Source of the DNA: Methanobacteriota archaeon
Lineage (GTDB): Archaea > Thermoplasmatota > Poseidoniia > Poseidoniales > Poseidoniaceae
Assembly: GCA_009937025.1 (NCBI GenBank)
Contig: JAACDG010000072.1
Coordinates: 1-59,527 of the forward strand
Direction: 5' to 3'
DNA: 59,527 nt
The notes below the pieces were generated by a model. The model worked only from the letters and a program-made list of their open reading frames with translations. It searched no databases and was not told where the DNA came from. Positions 43,638 through 52,453 of the stretch are shown piece by piece. Position 1 is the first letter of the stretch. The number at the start of each line of letters is the position of its first letter. Made by a program: the position numbers and the translations under genes.

Positions 43638-46028
43638 CTAAGGCACGAAGTCCTCAGGACCATTGCGATTGTTTCGATCGCGTAAATCTTGTTCAAGTTC
43701 CAATCTAAAGTTTGGCACTTCTCTCGGTGTTTGACACACTTGCAAATAATGCCACCACCATGGTGGTGAACCAGGCGCACCCAGTGTTTCCTGGGCACGA
43801 TTGAGCAAGAGTGTCAGGTCCCGCCGCGCATTGTTTCGAGGATGGTCTCTACGAACAAAAGCAAGAGCGTTTCCTTGGTGCCCTTGTTCAACATAGCCTA
43901 GCAGGGTTGCAAATCTACGAATTATTCGACGCTCTTGGGCGTTACGAATCGTGATGGCGAGATGACAGTTTTCGAAAGACAGAACAGTACCGTCAACAAC
44001 TCCCATTCTGAAAGTAGCCCCAATTGGGTGCATCATGAGCGCCTCCCAGATTCGTGGAAAGACCTCACAATGTCTTCGCTCCCCGTTCCTAATATCTCCA
44101 ATGGGGAGCCCATTCTGTTCCGGTTCTACATTTCGAGCCTGTATCCAATCTTCTCTACCCCGGAAGTGGTGGAAGAAGTTGTGAATATGATCTTCCCGTG
44201 TTTCAGAAGCGATTTCATTGAATGATTGATGCCATAATTCAATCAATTGAGGGTGAGGGGGGGCAGCGTCGGCTGCAAGCGCATGTTGAATCACGATGTC
44301 GGATTGACACCTTTGCGCTCCACCGCCATTATCTGCCTGCCATCGTCTTTGATTAAATGCTAAATTACGACGAAATAAATGTTCCATATGCCGGTTCGCG
44401 TTGAAAGGAGGGTTTTGCTCAATTCGTTGTGTGTTGCTGTGAGGCAACCAAGTTATTTCAGAGCCTCTTCCCAATATGTTGTTTGCTACGACTTCCTTGA
44501 ACGATTCAAGGGCCCTTGCATCGATGAGGCGGAGGTGTTTTTCAGTAGTTCTTTGTGGGAAGCCTAGAGGAGAAGAAAGCGCTACATGTTGCATAAGACT
44601 GTCAATTTCTGCTGACGTGTTTGTGTCATCAAGAAGCGTTAGAATCACCGATACAAGGGTGTCTCCTAGCGGAACTGCTGAATGGAAATTCCCATCATGG
44701 ATGCATATTGGATGTGTGCGCCGAGATTTGAGGCCATCACTAGCCTCGATAAGGAAAGGAGCACCATGAGCACCTCGGGCAATTCGAACATCGTAATAAT
44801 GCCCAAGGCGGCCGATGACTAAGATGTGTTCGTGATGGATGAAAACTCGGTCTGGATTTCCATCGATGACTTCGTGTAAGAATTGTATTGAGCGGCGCAA
44901 AGGTGCTGAAATTTGCGGAGTTTTAGATTTATGAGATGTCCAGTTGTATTGTAAAGCGTAGAGTAATTCGCCTGCTTTTGAAGTGAGTGGCGAATATGCG
45001 CTGGCAAGCATGAGGGCCCAAACCCCCGGTTCATCGGGAACGGCTGTTTTTCGAGAAGCGTTGTTTTTTGTGCGAACGATGATTTTGAATTTATTTCCAA
45101 CAATGGTGAATGGCCATGGCCGTTTCGTATCAAGTTGTAGACTTGGAACATAGGTATTCCAGCGACTAATCCAAGGATATTCATGGAGGTTTTCGAGGTT
45201 TGAAGGCGGGCGCTTGAATGCTTCACGAATCAATCCATCGAATTTTGAGCGGTCTGGCGTTCCGAGTTGGTTTCGGACATCACGTGCCCAAATACTCAGT
45301 GGATTCGACAAATAGTTTTCTGGAGCGGTGAGGTGTTCTTCAGCCATCCATTCAATCCAAGTAAACAAGGATGAAACTCCAGGTTTGTCGAGTGAATTAT
45401 TCACTCTGCCGCGGCGCATTTGTCTGCGGAGTATACGAGGAGGTAGGCGTGGTTCGACACCGTCGGTTTTCAAGGAGCCAAATGCGACAAATATCTTCGT
45501 TAAATCCCATCCAAGCCGAGTTTTTTTAGAAGAGAGGACATTGAGTAAAGACACGATTGGGACCTGCGCCGGCATTGTCCGCCCATTTACCAACAGGCGC
45601 CCTCCCATGATGGAAATTTGAACGCCGTCATGAAGAATAAAGCCGCAATGAAGGTGGATGCGTTGTGTGTTGTTGAGGCGAACGCCGTCTGAAATCCGTT
45701 GAATGATTTCCTTCAATTCATCGCCGGTACAAGGAGAAGAAATGACTGGATCAAGTGTGTCATCTGGTAATCTCGCCCACTGTACATCTGCGTGTTCAAA
45801 GGTAGTCTTTTGCAAGTGTTTCCAACGTTGCTGAGATGTTTGGTTTGGTCCGCCGAGAAGTTCTTGTGAATACAAATGATTCGATTCATCAACTTCATGT
45901 GTCCATTTCTGTCCCCTTTTTGACACCGTCAACGAATTACACAACCGGCAGGGGTTTGATGGCGCTTGATGGTCGCAAATTGAACAAAAGTTATTGCGAG
46001 AGTTGCTAGCCATACGATGTTTTTTCAT
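43638..46028 (-). CDS. Large orphan protein (~796 aa), His/Trp/Arg/Asn-rich, N-terminal CxxC-x8-CxxC knuckle; no family recognised
   Basis: ORF 43638..46145. Start moved to ATG 46028 (MKKHRMASNS), 17 nt after the ltaE stop, because the longer form overlaps ltaE by 100 nt. CSICDHQAPSNPCRLC, FIHHEHILVIGRLGHYYD, HIHNFFHHFRGRED. TAG stop 2 nt from the convergent neighbour's stop. Confidence 0.7.
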   Translation of the reverse strand: MKKHRMASNSRNNFCSICDHQAPSNPCRLCNSLTVSKRGQKWTHEVDESNHLYSQELLGGPNQTSQQRWKHLQKTTFEHADVQWARLPDDTLDPVISSPCTGDELKEIIQRISDGVRLNNTQRIHLHCGFILHDGVQISIMGGRLLVNGRTMPAQVPIVSLLNVLSSKKTRLGWDLTKIFVAFGSLKTDGVEPRLPPRILRRQMRRGRVNNSLDKPGVSSLFTWIEWMAEEHLTAPENYLSNPLSIWARDVRNQLGTPDRSKFDGLIREAFKRPPSNLENLHEYPWISRWNTYVPSLQLDTKRPWPFTIVGNKFKIIVRTKNNASRKTAVPDEPGVWALMLASAYSPLTSKAGELLYALQYNWTSHKSKTPQISAPLRRSIQFLHEVIDGNPDRVFIHHEHILVIGRLGHYYDVRIARGAHGAPFLIEASDGLKSRRTHPICIHDGNFHSAVPLGDTLVSVILTLLDDTNTSAEIDSLMQHVALSSPLGFPQRTTEKHLRLIDARALESFKEVVANNILGRGSEITWLPHSNTQRIEQNPPFNANRHMEHLFRRNLAFNQRRWQADNGGGAQRCQSDIVIQHALAADAAPPHPQLIELWHQSFNEIASETREDHIHNFFHHFRGREDWIQARNVEPEQNGLPIGDIRNGERRHCEVFPRIWEALMMHPIGATFRMGVVDGTVLSFENCHLAITIRNAQERRIIRRFATLLGYVEQGHQGNALAFVRRDHPRNNARRDLTLLLNRAQETLGAPGSPPWWWHYLQVCQTPREVPNFRLELEQDLRDRNNRNGPEDFVP

Positions 46029-46044
46029 CGAGGATATATAAGTC

Positions 46045-47085
46045 TCACAAAGTGGAAAAGGCAGCGAGTATTCTCTGAATATCTTCATCGGTAATGTGGA
46101 GATGAACGACGATGCGGCAAGCATGTGGTTGAATGTCCATAACATCGATTCCGGAATTCTTCAGTTGTTCCATAACATGTGTAGCTGGAACTTCTGATTG
46201 AAAATACACCATGTTTGTTTCAACCGTCTGCATATCAACGTCAAATCCGTCGATTTCATTGATTGCTTCTGCCAACACCTTCGCCCTCTTGTGGTCCTCT
46301 TCAAGCCGTTGAATGTTATTGTCAAGTGCATACAAACATGCCGCAGCGAGAATGCCTGCTTGACGCATGCCTCCACCAAACATCTTCCTCCAACGATGTG
46401 CTCGTGCAATGAACGCTTTTGAGCCGACAAGAACTGAACCAACTGGGGCCCCGAGTCCTTTTGAAAAGCAAATGGAAACCGAATCATAATCTCGTACCAT
46501 TCGGTCAACTGGAGTTTGTGTGGCTATTGCGGCATTGAATATTCGAGCGCCGTCCATATGTGTTGCACAATCGTTTGCTTTGGCAAGAGCAGCAATCTCG
46601 TCCAACGTTTCCTGAGGATAGCAAGCCCCGCCACCTCTGTTGGAGGTGTTTTCAACACAAACAAGTGAACCATCGGGGTAATGCGATAGAGAGCCTGCCT
46701 GTTTACGGATGGCCTGTTCTACATCTTCCACTCGCATCAAGCCACCATGGGCATCAACCAAGGCAATTGATGCGCCGCATAAGGCGGCATAACCTCCACC
46801 TTCGTAGAGATAAATATGGCTGTTTTTAGCAGTGATAATTTCATCACCAGGTGAGGTATGAGCGCGAAGGGCAATAGCATTCGACATCGTCCCAGAAGGT
46901 ACAAACAAGCCTGCTTCCTTCCCACACATTGCCGCTAAGCGCTGTTCCAAGAGGGTAACCGTCACATCGTCTCCAAGTACGTCATCGCCTACAACAGCGC
47001 TGTTCATCGCTTCACGCATCGGCGGCGTCGGTTGGGTGACGGTGTCTGAACGAAGGTCAACACGGTCTGAAGGATAATCACGCAT
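46045..47085 (-). CDS. ltaE: Low-specificity L-threonine aldolase (PLP-dependent)
   Basis: [30 protein letters not shown] and the fold-type I length and pattern. Confidence 0.9.
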   Translation of the reverse strand: MRDYPSDRVDLRSDTVTQPTPPMREAMNSAVVGDDVLGDDVTVTLLEQRLAAMCGKEAGLFVPSGTMSNAIALRAHTSPGDEIITAKNSHIYLYEGGGYAALCGASIALVDAHGGLMRVEDVEQAIRKQAGSLSHYPDGSLVCVENTSNRGGGACYPQETLDEIAALAKANDCATHMDGARIFNAAIATQTPVDRMVRDYDSVSICFSKGLGAPVGSVLVGSKAFIARAHRWRKMFGGGMRQAGILAAACLYALDNNIQRLEEDHKRAKVLAEAINEIDGFDVDMQTVETNMVYFQSEVPATHVMEQLKNSGIDVMDIQPHACRIVVHLHITDEDIQRILAAFSTL

Positions 47086-47129
47086 GCCACTCGCAAAGCG
47101 TCTCTATTCATCAAATCGATGGATTCGTA

Positions 47130-47546
47130 TTAGAGTAATTTCAATTCGCCGGTGATATGCTCAAGTTCTGATTCTGTAGCGGGACCGAGTGCCAAAACAG
47201 TAAGTGACCCGCTTGGAATTTGAGTGTGCCCCGCATCACGAACAATCGTTGTCGGAATTCCAGCTGCTTTCGCTTGCTTTTCAAGAGCGAGGAGGTGTTC
47301 AGCGTCCTGTCCTTTGAGGCAGACTTTCTTTTGCCCAGTGGCCAACCATTGTTCAAGATGCAATGGTTTCTCTGCTCCTGCCTTCATTGTAGCCATAACG
47401 GCTCCATGTCCGACTTGTGCTGCTATCTTGCCTTTGCCCATCTTCAATCCCTGATTGACTATGCCGACCATTTTACAAGGGCCTAACGGGCGCTCTCCTG
47501 AAAGAACTGGTGCGGTAATTCGATGCAAAAAAGAACGGAAACCCAT
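47130..47546 (-). CDS. pth2: Peptidyl-tRNA hydrolase, archaeal/eukaryotic Pth2 type (copy A)
   Basis: MVGIVNQGLKMGKGKIAAQVGHGAV ... VRDAGHTQIPSGSLTVLALGP. The conserved domain begins at the internal ATG 47471, so the 25-aa N-terminal extension is uncertain. Confidence 0.85.
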   Translation of the reverse strand: MGFRSFLHRITAPVLSGERPLGPCKMVGIVNQGLKMGKGKIAAQVGHGAVMATMKAGAEKPLHLEQWLATGQKKVCLKGQDAEHLLALEKQAKAAGIPTTIVRDAGHTQIPSGSLTVLALGPATESELEHITGELKLL

Positions 47547-47554
47547 GCAACCAC

Positions 47555-47929
47555 CTAATACGGTTTCAATTCTGAAACAAGAGCATCAATTGCTCGCCGA
47601 GGTGCAGGGCCAATACCGAGCACTGTTATCGTTCCAGGAGGTACTTCTGTATGAGCTGCATCTTTCACCAGATAAGTGACAAGACCTGCAACTTGAGCCT
47701 GCCCGGCAAGACGTTGTAATGTTGCCAAATCATCTGCACGAAGGCATATTTTTCGAGCACCAGCGTTTCGCCAACGTTCAACAAGACGTGCATGTGTTTT
47801 TCGAGCATTCATTGTGCAAGATACCGCAGCATGAGAACATTGAACTGCAAGTTTCCCTGCAGACATTTTCAAATCATGGCGGGCGATAAAAACCATCGAG
47901 GGCTCATCAACCGTCGATACCATGGCCAT
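47555..47929 (-). CDS. pth2: Peptidyl-tRNA hydrolase Pth2 paralogue (copy B)
   Basis: MVFIARHDLKMSAGKLAVQCSHAAV ... VKDAAHTEVPPGTITVLGIGP aligns along its length with copy A (roughly 40 percent identity by eye). TAG stop. Confidence 0.8.
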   Translation of the reverse strand: MAMVSTVDEPSMVFIARHDLKMSAGKLAVQCSHAAVSCTMNARKTHARLVERWRNAGARKICLRADDLATLQRLAGQAQVAGLVTYLVKDAAHTEVPPGTITVLGIGPAPRRAIDALVSELKPY

Positions 47930-47948
47930 TCACCACCGCAAATTCGAT

Positions 47949-48566
47949 TTATTCAAGCGTTGGTTCTTCTTGAAGCAAACCAGAGAACCAGCTGCCCATC
48001 CAAACGACAAAGACGAAGTTACCTACCATGTGAAGGAAGTCAAACGGTAATCCATGAACCAAATACGTGATGAATTCAGTAATGCCAATTGTACCATCAA
48101 GGATAGAGAACGAGACGACCAAATCAAACCAAAATGCTGCAACGAGGGAGGCGATACACGCTCTTCGGAGATTCAAGCCTGAAGATGTCACAAGGGACAA
48201 ACGGGAGCCTGCAAAAGCAATACTCGCCCATCCTGCTGCTTGGAAAAGCGTCCACCAACCGTCGCCGATGAAGAAATTCGAAATCATAGCAACGAGTACT
48301 GCAAAGGCTGCACCACGTCGAGCACCGAGTTGGGCACCGACCAAGAGTGCGGCCACGGTAACCGGTTGCACATTGGGGAGCGGTTGCATGACGACTCGAA
48401 GTAAAGAGACTGAGAGAACAAGACTCATCAGGAATAAAGAATCAAAAATTGGACGCTTGGTTGGCTTGGCCAAGAGCCAAAAAGCACAACCCAACAAAAC
48501 GACGTCCATGAGCAGAGCCGCAAGGGGTGAAAGAGCGGGACCGTGTACGCCCATTGCTTGGAACAT
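47949..48566 (-). CDS. Integral membrane protein, ECF-transporter S-component-like (5-6 TM)
   Basis: Hydrophobic throughout; LPNVQPVTVAALLVGAQLGARRGAAF resembles the S-component pattern. The track start at 48578 is TTG; ATG at 48566. Confidence 0.45.
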   Translation of the reverse strand: MFQAMGVHGPALSPLAALLMDVVLLGCAFWLLAKPTKRPIFDSLFLMSLVLSVSLLRVVMQPLPNVQPVTVAALLVGAQLGARRGAAFAVLVAMISNFFIGDGWWTLFQAAGWASIAFAGSRLSLVTSSGLNLRRACIASLVAAFWFDLVVSFSILDGTIGITEFITYLVHGLPFDFLHMVGNFVFVVWMGSWFSGLLQEEPTLE

Positions 48567-48607
48567 GATTCGACCCAAGAGGGTTGATGATTTGAGGCTT
48601 ACCTAAG

Positions 48608-50350
48608 TTATACAGGAGACCAACGGACTATTGAGGCTGATTCAATTTTTGATTGGTCAGAAGAAACGACGCCTTTAGAGCCATCGACAGCAAATACCCA
48701 GCCTTCTGCTTCAACCCCATCAATCGAGTCGACATACATGCCGAGTTCTGTTGATGAACTGGAAAGTTCAAAGCCGAACTCGTTACAAGCCGCTTGAGTC
48801 AAAGAAAAGACCGTTTCATGGCCCACGAAGCCTCCAAGAACGTGTTCTTCGCCATCGATTTCAATAATTACGATTTGTGTACCTAGCCATGTATCTGGCC
48901 ATTGTTCATTCCATTCTTCAGAAGCCGAAGTCTCAGGGAATTTTTCATCAAATGTTTGAGACCATTGTGTCGATAAATCCGGGACGATAAGTACGCATAG
49001 AATGAGAATGAATAAACTGAACATTCTAACAAACCATTCTTTTTTGCCATTCAAAAGAGACACTGTGGATGAACCAAGCAAGAGATACATGACAAAAACA
49101 AGGCCTTGTACACTCGAACTAAATTCATGATTCGGAGACGATTCATGATTTGGAGACGATTGATTATTTGGAGGTGATTCATTATTCGGGGGCAATTCAT
49201 TTGTAGCATCTTCGCTGTAAACTCGAAGTACTCCGTGGTCATTTCCAAATGCGGTAAACAACACGCCCCCAACAATATACTGGAGCGGTGCTGCGGTACC
49301 ATAACCTTGAATGCCAACATCAAGAGATTGGACGGTGAGGTTTTCTCGCCCATCGAAAGTGAAAAGGCCCCATGTTGAATCAAATGTATTCGATGGTGCG
49401 TATATCATTCCATTTTCATACCATCCTATTTCCCCATTGGTGTGAAAGGGAACTTCGTCAAGAATTTCACATTCAGTTGAACAGATGAAGATTCGAACCG
49501 CGGAGGAGTCGCCGGTCAGAACATAATCTCCTTGCAAACTCGGAAGAGCGGGCGATGGGCCTGTCGGAAACTGCTGCAGGACATGCCCATCATTCGGTTC
49601 AACAATGGCGATGAGGCCGCTTGAATCTTGTTGAGCATGAAGAAAAATTCCGGCATCGGTGAGCAAAGGCGCATGACGGATTTTCCCAAGTTGGAGGTCA
49701 TATGAAGTCGCCATACCTGTACGATTTACATGCCAAAGTTGGCCTGATTCATCACCGATGAAATATCCTGTGTCGTCAACAGCAACCCCATTCCTCCAAC
49801 CAAGTCCGGTTTCAGTCCACCATTGTTGTTGACCATCTGCAAGACAATATTGACCAATTCCTTGGCGCGTTGGAACAATGACAAATTCGCCATCGAGAGC
49901 GAGTTGGCCGGTCACGCCCCATCCAATAACTTCGGTTTGTATCGACCAAAGTACTTCACCATTCGAAGGGTTGAGTGCTTCAATCACTCCATTGGTCCAC
50001 CCGACTAATATCATCTCAGGCCACATTCCACATTCACCTTCACCGGGTTGGACAAGAAGCAATGGCGACATGTCATTATTAGTTGAAGCGGGGTTCAAAC
50101 GTTGCCATGTTTTGTTTCCATTTGTATCAAATGCGGTAACTGCTGGTTCGCTGTTTCCGGATGTACGAACAACAATTTGCTCGTCAGCGAACAAAGGTGA
50201 AGTCGAAATATAGCCTGTTTCAAAGTCATATTCCCAAGCGAGAGCATGAGAATCATTCCAGGGGTTTGTCGTTTCTTGAGCAAGAAGTGTTGGCACAAGA
50301 AGAAGGCTGATGAACAGCAACGCCATCAAGCGTCGAAACACTTTGATCAC
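48608..50350 (-). CDS. Secreted PQQ/BamB-like beta-propeller protein with two TM helices and C-terminal DUF4430-like (transcobalamin-beta-like) domain
   Basis: Signal MIKVFRRLMALLFISLLLVPTLLAQE; repeated G.xxW motifs (NGEVLWS, DGQQQWW). C-terminus GMYVDSIDGVEAEGWVFAVDGSKGVVSSDQSKIESASIVRWSPV fits DUF4430. The GTG start overlaps the gatE stop (GTGA). Confidence 0.65.
   Translation of the reverse strand: MIKVFRRLMALLFISLLLVPTLLAQETTNPWNDSHALAWEYDFETGYISTSPLFADEQIVVRTSGNSEPAVTAFDTNGNKTWQRLNPASTNNDMSPLLLVQPGEGECGMWPEMILVGWTNGVIEALNPSNGEVLWSIQTEVIGWGVTGQLALDGEFVIVPTRQGIGQYCLADGQQQWWTETGLGWRNGVAVDDTGYFIGDESGQLWHVNRTGMATSYDLQLGKIRHAPLLTDAGIFLHAQQDSSGLIAIVEPNDGHVLQQFPTGPSPALPSLQGDYVLTGDSSAVRIFICSTECEILDEVPFHTNGEIGWYENGMIYAPSNTFDSTWGLFTFDGRENLTVQSLDVGIQGYGTAAPLQYIVGGVLFTAFGNDHGVLRVYSEDATNELPPNNESPPNNQSSPNHESSPNHEFSSSVQGLVFVMYLLLGSSTVSLLNGKKEWFVRMFSLFILILCVLIVPDLSTQWSQTFDEKFPETSASEEWNEQWPDTWLGTQIVIIEIDGEEHVLGGFVGHETVFSLTQAACNEFGFELSSSSTELGMYVDSIDGVEAEGWVFAVDGSKGVVSSDQSKIESASIVRWSPV
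49123..49194. repeat. Imperfect 18-nt tandem repeat x4 in the propeller-to-TM linker
   Basis: attcatgattcggagacg / attcatgatttggagacg / attgattatttggaggtg / attcattattcgggggca. It encodes PPNNES-PPNNQS-SPNHES-SPNHEF on the minus strand. Confidence 0.75.
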
Positions 50351-52377
50351 TCCGATATTTTCTGAATGGCTTCTCGAAGAAGAGCGCTGACCACTTTGCC
50401 ATCCGCCGCCCCTACCGCTTGCATAACAACGCCCATCAAAGGACCCATTGCGCCCATGCCCCGCTCTTTGACAAAGTCCGCTCGCTCAGCAACGATGCTT
50501 TCGATGACTGCACCTAAATCACCTTCATCTGCTGGCTTGAAGCCATGTGCTTCACCGTATTCGGCAATCTCTTCACTGCTTGGAGTCATATCTTTGAAAT
50601 GCTCAATGATTTCATTCATAGATTCGCGAGTGATGAAACCGGCTTCCTTCACCGCCATGACATCAGCACAAAGTTCAGGATTTGCTGTATCGTTTTCGAG
50701 CACGACACTGGCCCATCCTTTGTGTGGTAATTGGGAAGCGTATTCAACAAAGATATCGTCCAATTCCCTCGCCAATAATTGGCTTGCTTGGTCATTCGAA
50801 ACTTCATACTCAGACATACGTTCAGCTCTTTGGTCATCGGTCATCGGTATCGATTGGAGCGTCTGTTGCCATCGCTCATCACTGAGGGCGAATACGGGAA
50901 CATCGGTTTCAGGATACATACGAGCGCCACCGGGCAAAGGACGCATGGGTGTAGTTGTTCCATCATCAGGAGCGCCTTTCTTAATCACGACATTTCGAAC
51001 TTCTTGCGGTATTCGGTGCCAAGCCAAACGGGCTCGAGTGAGTACGCTTTCAAGTGCTAACTCTGCCTGCCAAAGTGGTGCTAAACACAGGATGAAACCG
51101 TCATCCACTCCAAGGTCGAGGAGGTTTCGAACGGCTTTGACATGTTCTGCTTCGATACCATAGGCGGGCAATTCATCAGAATGGAAGACGCCTTTGACAC
51201 CTGCTAATTTTGCAGCGCCTGCCAATTCACGACCAAGTCGTGGCATTTGTGCCCCTTCCTTATCTGAAGTTTTTTGTCCGAACTTTCCAGCAAGCCCGGG
51301 AAGTGGGAGTGCCAACATGATTGAGCCTTGCTTCAAACCGGTTTGGACCATTTTTGAATCGCATGAAGTGAAGCATTCGCTGACATCATTCAACGCAAGT
51401 GGAAGGTGTTTTTCGACCGCTTGTGAAACCTGTTGTTCGAGGGGTGCCTCATCGCTTCTTCGGTCAGGTGGGAGAAGCGGTAAGGATAATTGAGTTCGCA
51501 ATTCATTCGCAAGTCTGTAGAAGTGCAATTGGCGAGCCATTTCAAGACGGATAATACGAGGAATCCAAGATAAATCTTGGCAACCTTTGATTTCAACACG
51601 GTCTCCACAAGCCAAAGAAACATTGAGGTCTTGTCGAATGCTACCAAGGCCTCTGCGAACTTTTCGGGTTTGACGCAAACATCGGCCGAGTGCCATCGAG
51701 GTTTCTTTGGCGTGTTCAGGCGTGAGAACATCGGGTGCAGTCGCAATTTCAATCAATGGTAAACCCAATCTGTCTAAATTGTAGAGGACCTGTTCACCAT
51801 CTCCCGTTGAGATGGTGTCGAGTTTACGAGCACTGTCTTCTTCAAGGCACAAAACATCAACTCCAACTGGGCCGGTTTCTGTTTGAAGAACGCCGTCAAC
51901 TGAAACCAAAGACGTGCGCTGGAAGCCGCTTGTGTTTGAACCATCAACCACGGTCTTTCTCATCGTTTGAAGAAGAGAAACTGGTTTTGCATTGAGTAAT
52001 GCTGAGACGGTTAAAGCGATCGACACTGCTTCACCATCGTGAGGCAGAGGAGGTTGTTCATCCAATTCAATCAAACCAGAGTTTGGTGATTGAACATAGA
52101 CAAATGAACGGTTGCGGCGTGTTTCAAAGCGTGCAGCGATATCGATTGCTCCGCCTTCACCTCGTGCAGCCCTCAAACGACGATGAAAACGATTCCATTG
52201 TTCAGGAACCGTGTCGATTGTAACATCGTAAAGTACGCCTGGTTGGCGCGAATGAAGTTTTCCTGTTGCCAGTTGTTGATGAACCTCAATGCCGCACATA
52301 AAGCCCAATTCGCTAGGGACAAGCCCGCTCGCGTCATCGACACTACCTATTGGCTCAGTGCGAATTGGGTCGGCCAT
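50347..52377 (-). CDS. gatE: Glutamyl-tRNA(Gln) amidotransferase subunit E
   Basis: FMCGIEVHQQL, the inserted AspRS-like region and a C-terminal YqeY/GatB-like tail. The track start at 52404 is TTG; first ATG is 52377 (MADPIRTEP). Confidence 0.9.
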   Translation of the reverse strand: MADPIRTEPIGSVDDASGLVPSELGFMCGIEVHQQLATGKLHSRQPGVLYDVTIDTVPEQWNRFHRRLRAARGEGGAIDIAARFETRRNRSFVYVQSPNSGLIELDEQPPLPHDGEAVSIALTVSALLNAKPVSLLQTMRKTVVDGSNTSGFQRTSLVSVDGVLQTETGPVGVDVLCLEEDSARKLDTISTGDGEQVLYNLDRLGLPLIEIATAPDVLTPEHAKETSMALGRCLRQTRKVRRGLGSIRQDLNVSLACGDRVEIKGCQDLSWIPRIIRLEMARQLHFYRLANELRTQLSLPLLPPDRRSDEAPLEQQVSQAVEKHLPLALNDVSECFTSCDSKMVQTGLKQGSIMLALPLPGLAGKFGQKTSDKEGAQMPRLGRELAGAAKLAGVKGVFHSDELPAYGIEAEHVKAVRNLLDLGVDDGFILCLAPLWQAELALESVLTRARLAWHRIPQEVRNVVIKKGAPDDGTTTPMRPLPGGARMYPETDVPVFALSDERWQQTLQSIPMTDDQRAERMSEYEVSNDQASQLLARELDDIFVEYASQLPHKGWASVVLENDTANPELCADVMAVKEAGFITRESMNEIIEHFKDMTPSSEEIAEYGEAHGFKPADEGDLGAVIESIVAERADFVKERGMGAMGPLMGVVMQAVGAADGKVVSALLREAIQKISE

Positions 52378-52453
52378 ATTATGGCGGAGTCGTTCATCCT
52401 TCAAGACTACAACCCTTCACTCTCAAGAAACTGTTGAGAATCTGAGGGTGACT

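Noticed and set aside
43638-43640. General TAG reassignment (for example pyrrolysine) as explanation for the in-frame TAGs
   Set aside because: This TAG, and the one at 47555-47557, look like true terminators. Here the downstream frame runs antisense into the convergent neighbour. At 47555 the downstream frame is out of register with the next gene. No pyl genes or suppressor tRNA are visible in the window. I kept this only as a low-probability alternative in the specific findings.
46029-46145. Longer N-terminus of the orphan protein (track start 46145)
   Set aside because: It would overlap the 3' end of ltaE by 100 nt. The extra residues ([23 protein letters not shown]...) are the out-of-frame reading of the conserved ltaE C-terminus. 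ATG 46028 or 46013 lies just after the ltaE stop.
50114-50130. 17-nt string gtttccatttgtatcaa identical to 1561..1577
   Set aside because: Both copies lie inside unrelated coding regions, read in different frames (FDTNGNK versus LIQMET). No extended similarity flanks them, so it is consistent with chance at this window size.
50366-51163. 265-aa plus-strand ORF
   Set aside because: It is entirely antisense to gatE, which has unambiguous motifs. Its composition (Ser/Ala/Arg-rich) is typical of a shadow ORF. The same reasoning applies to 28006..28770, 39614..40225, 56052..56561, 26143..26652 and 30859..31389.
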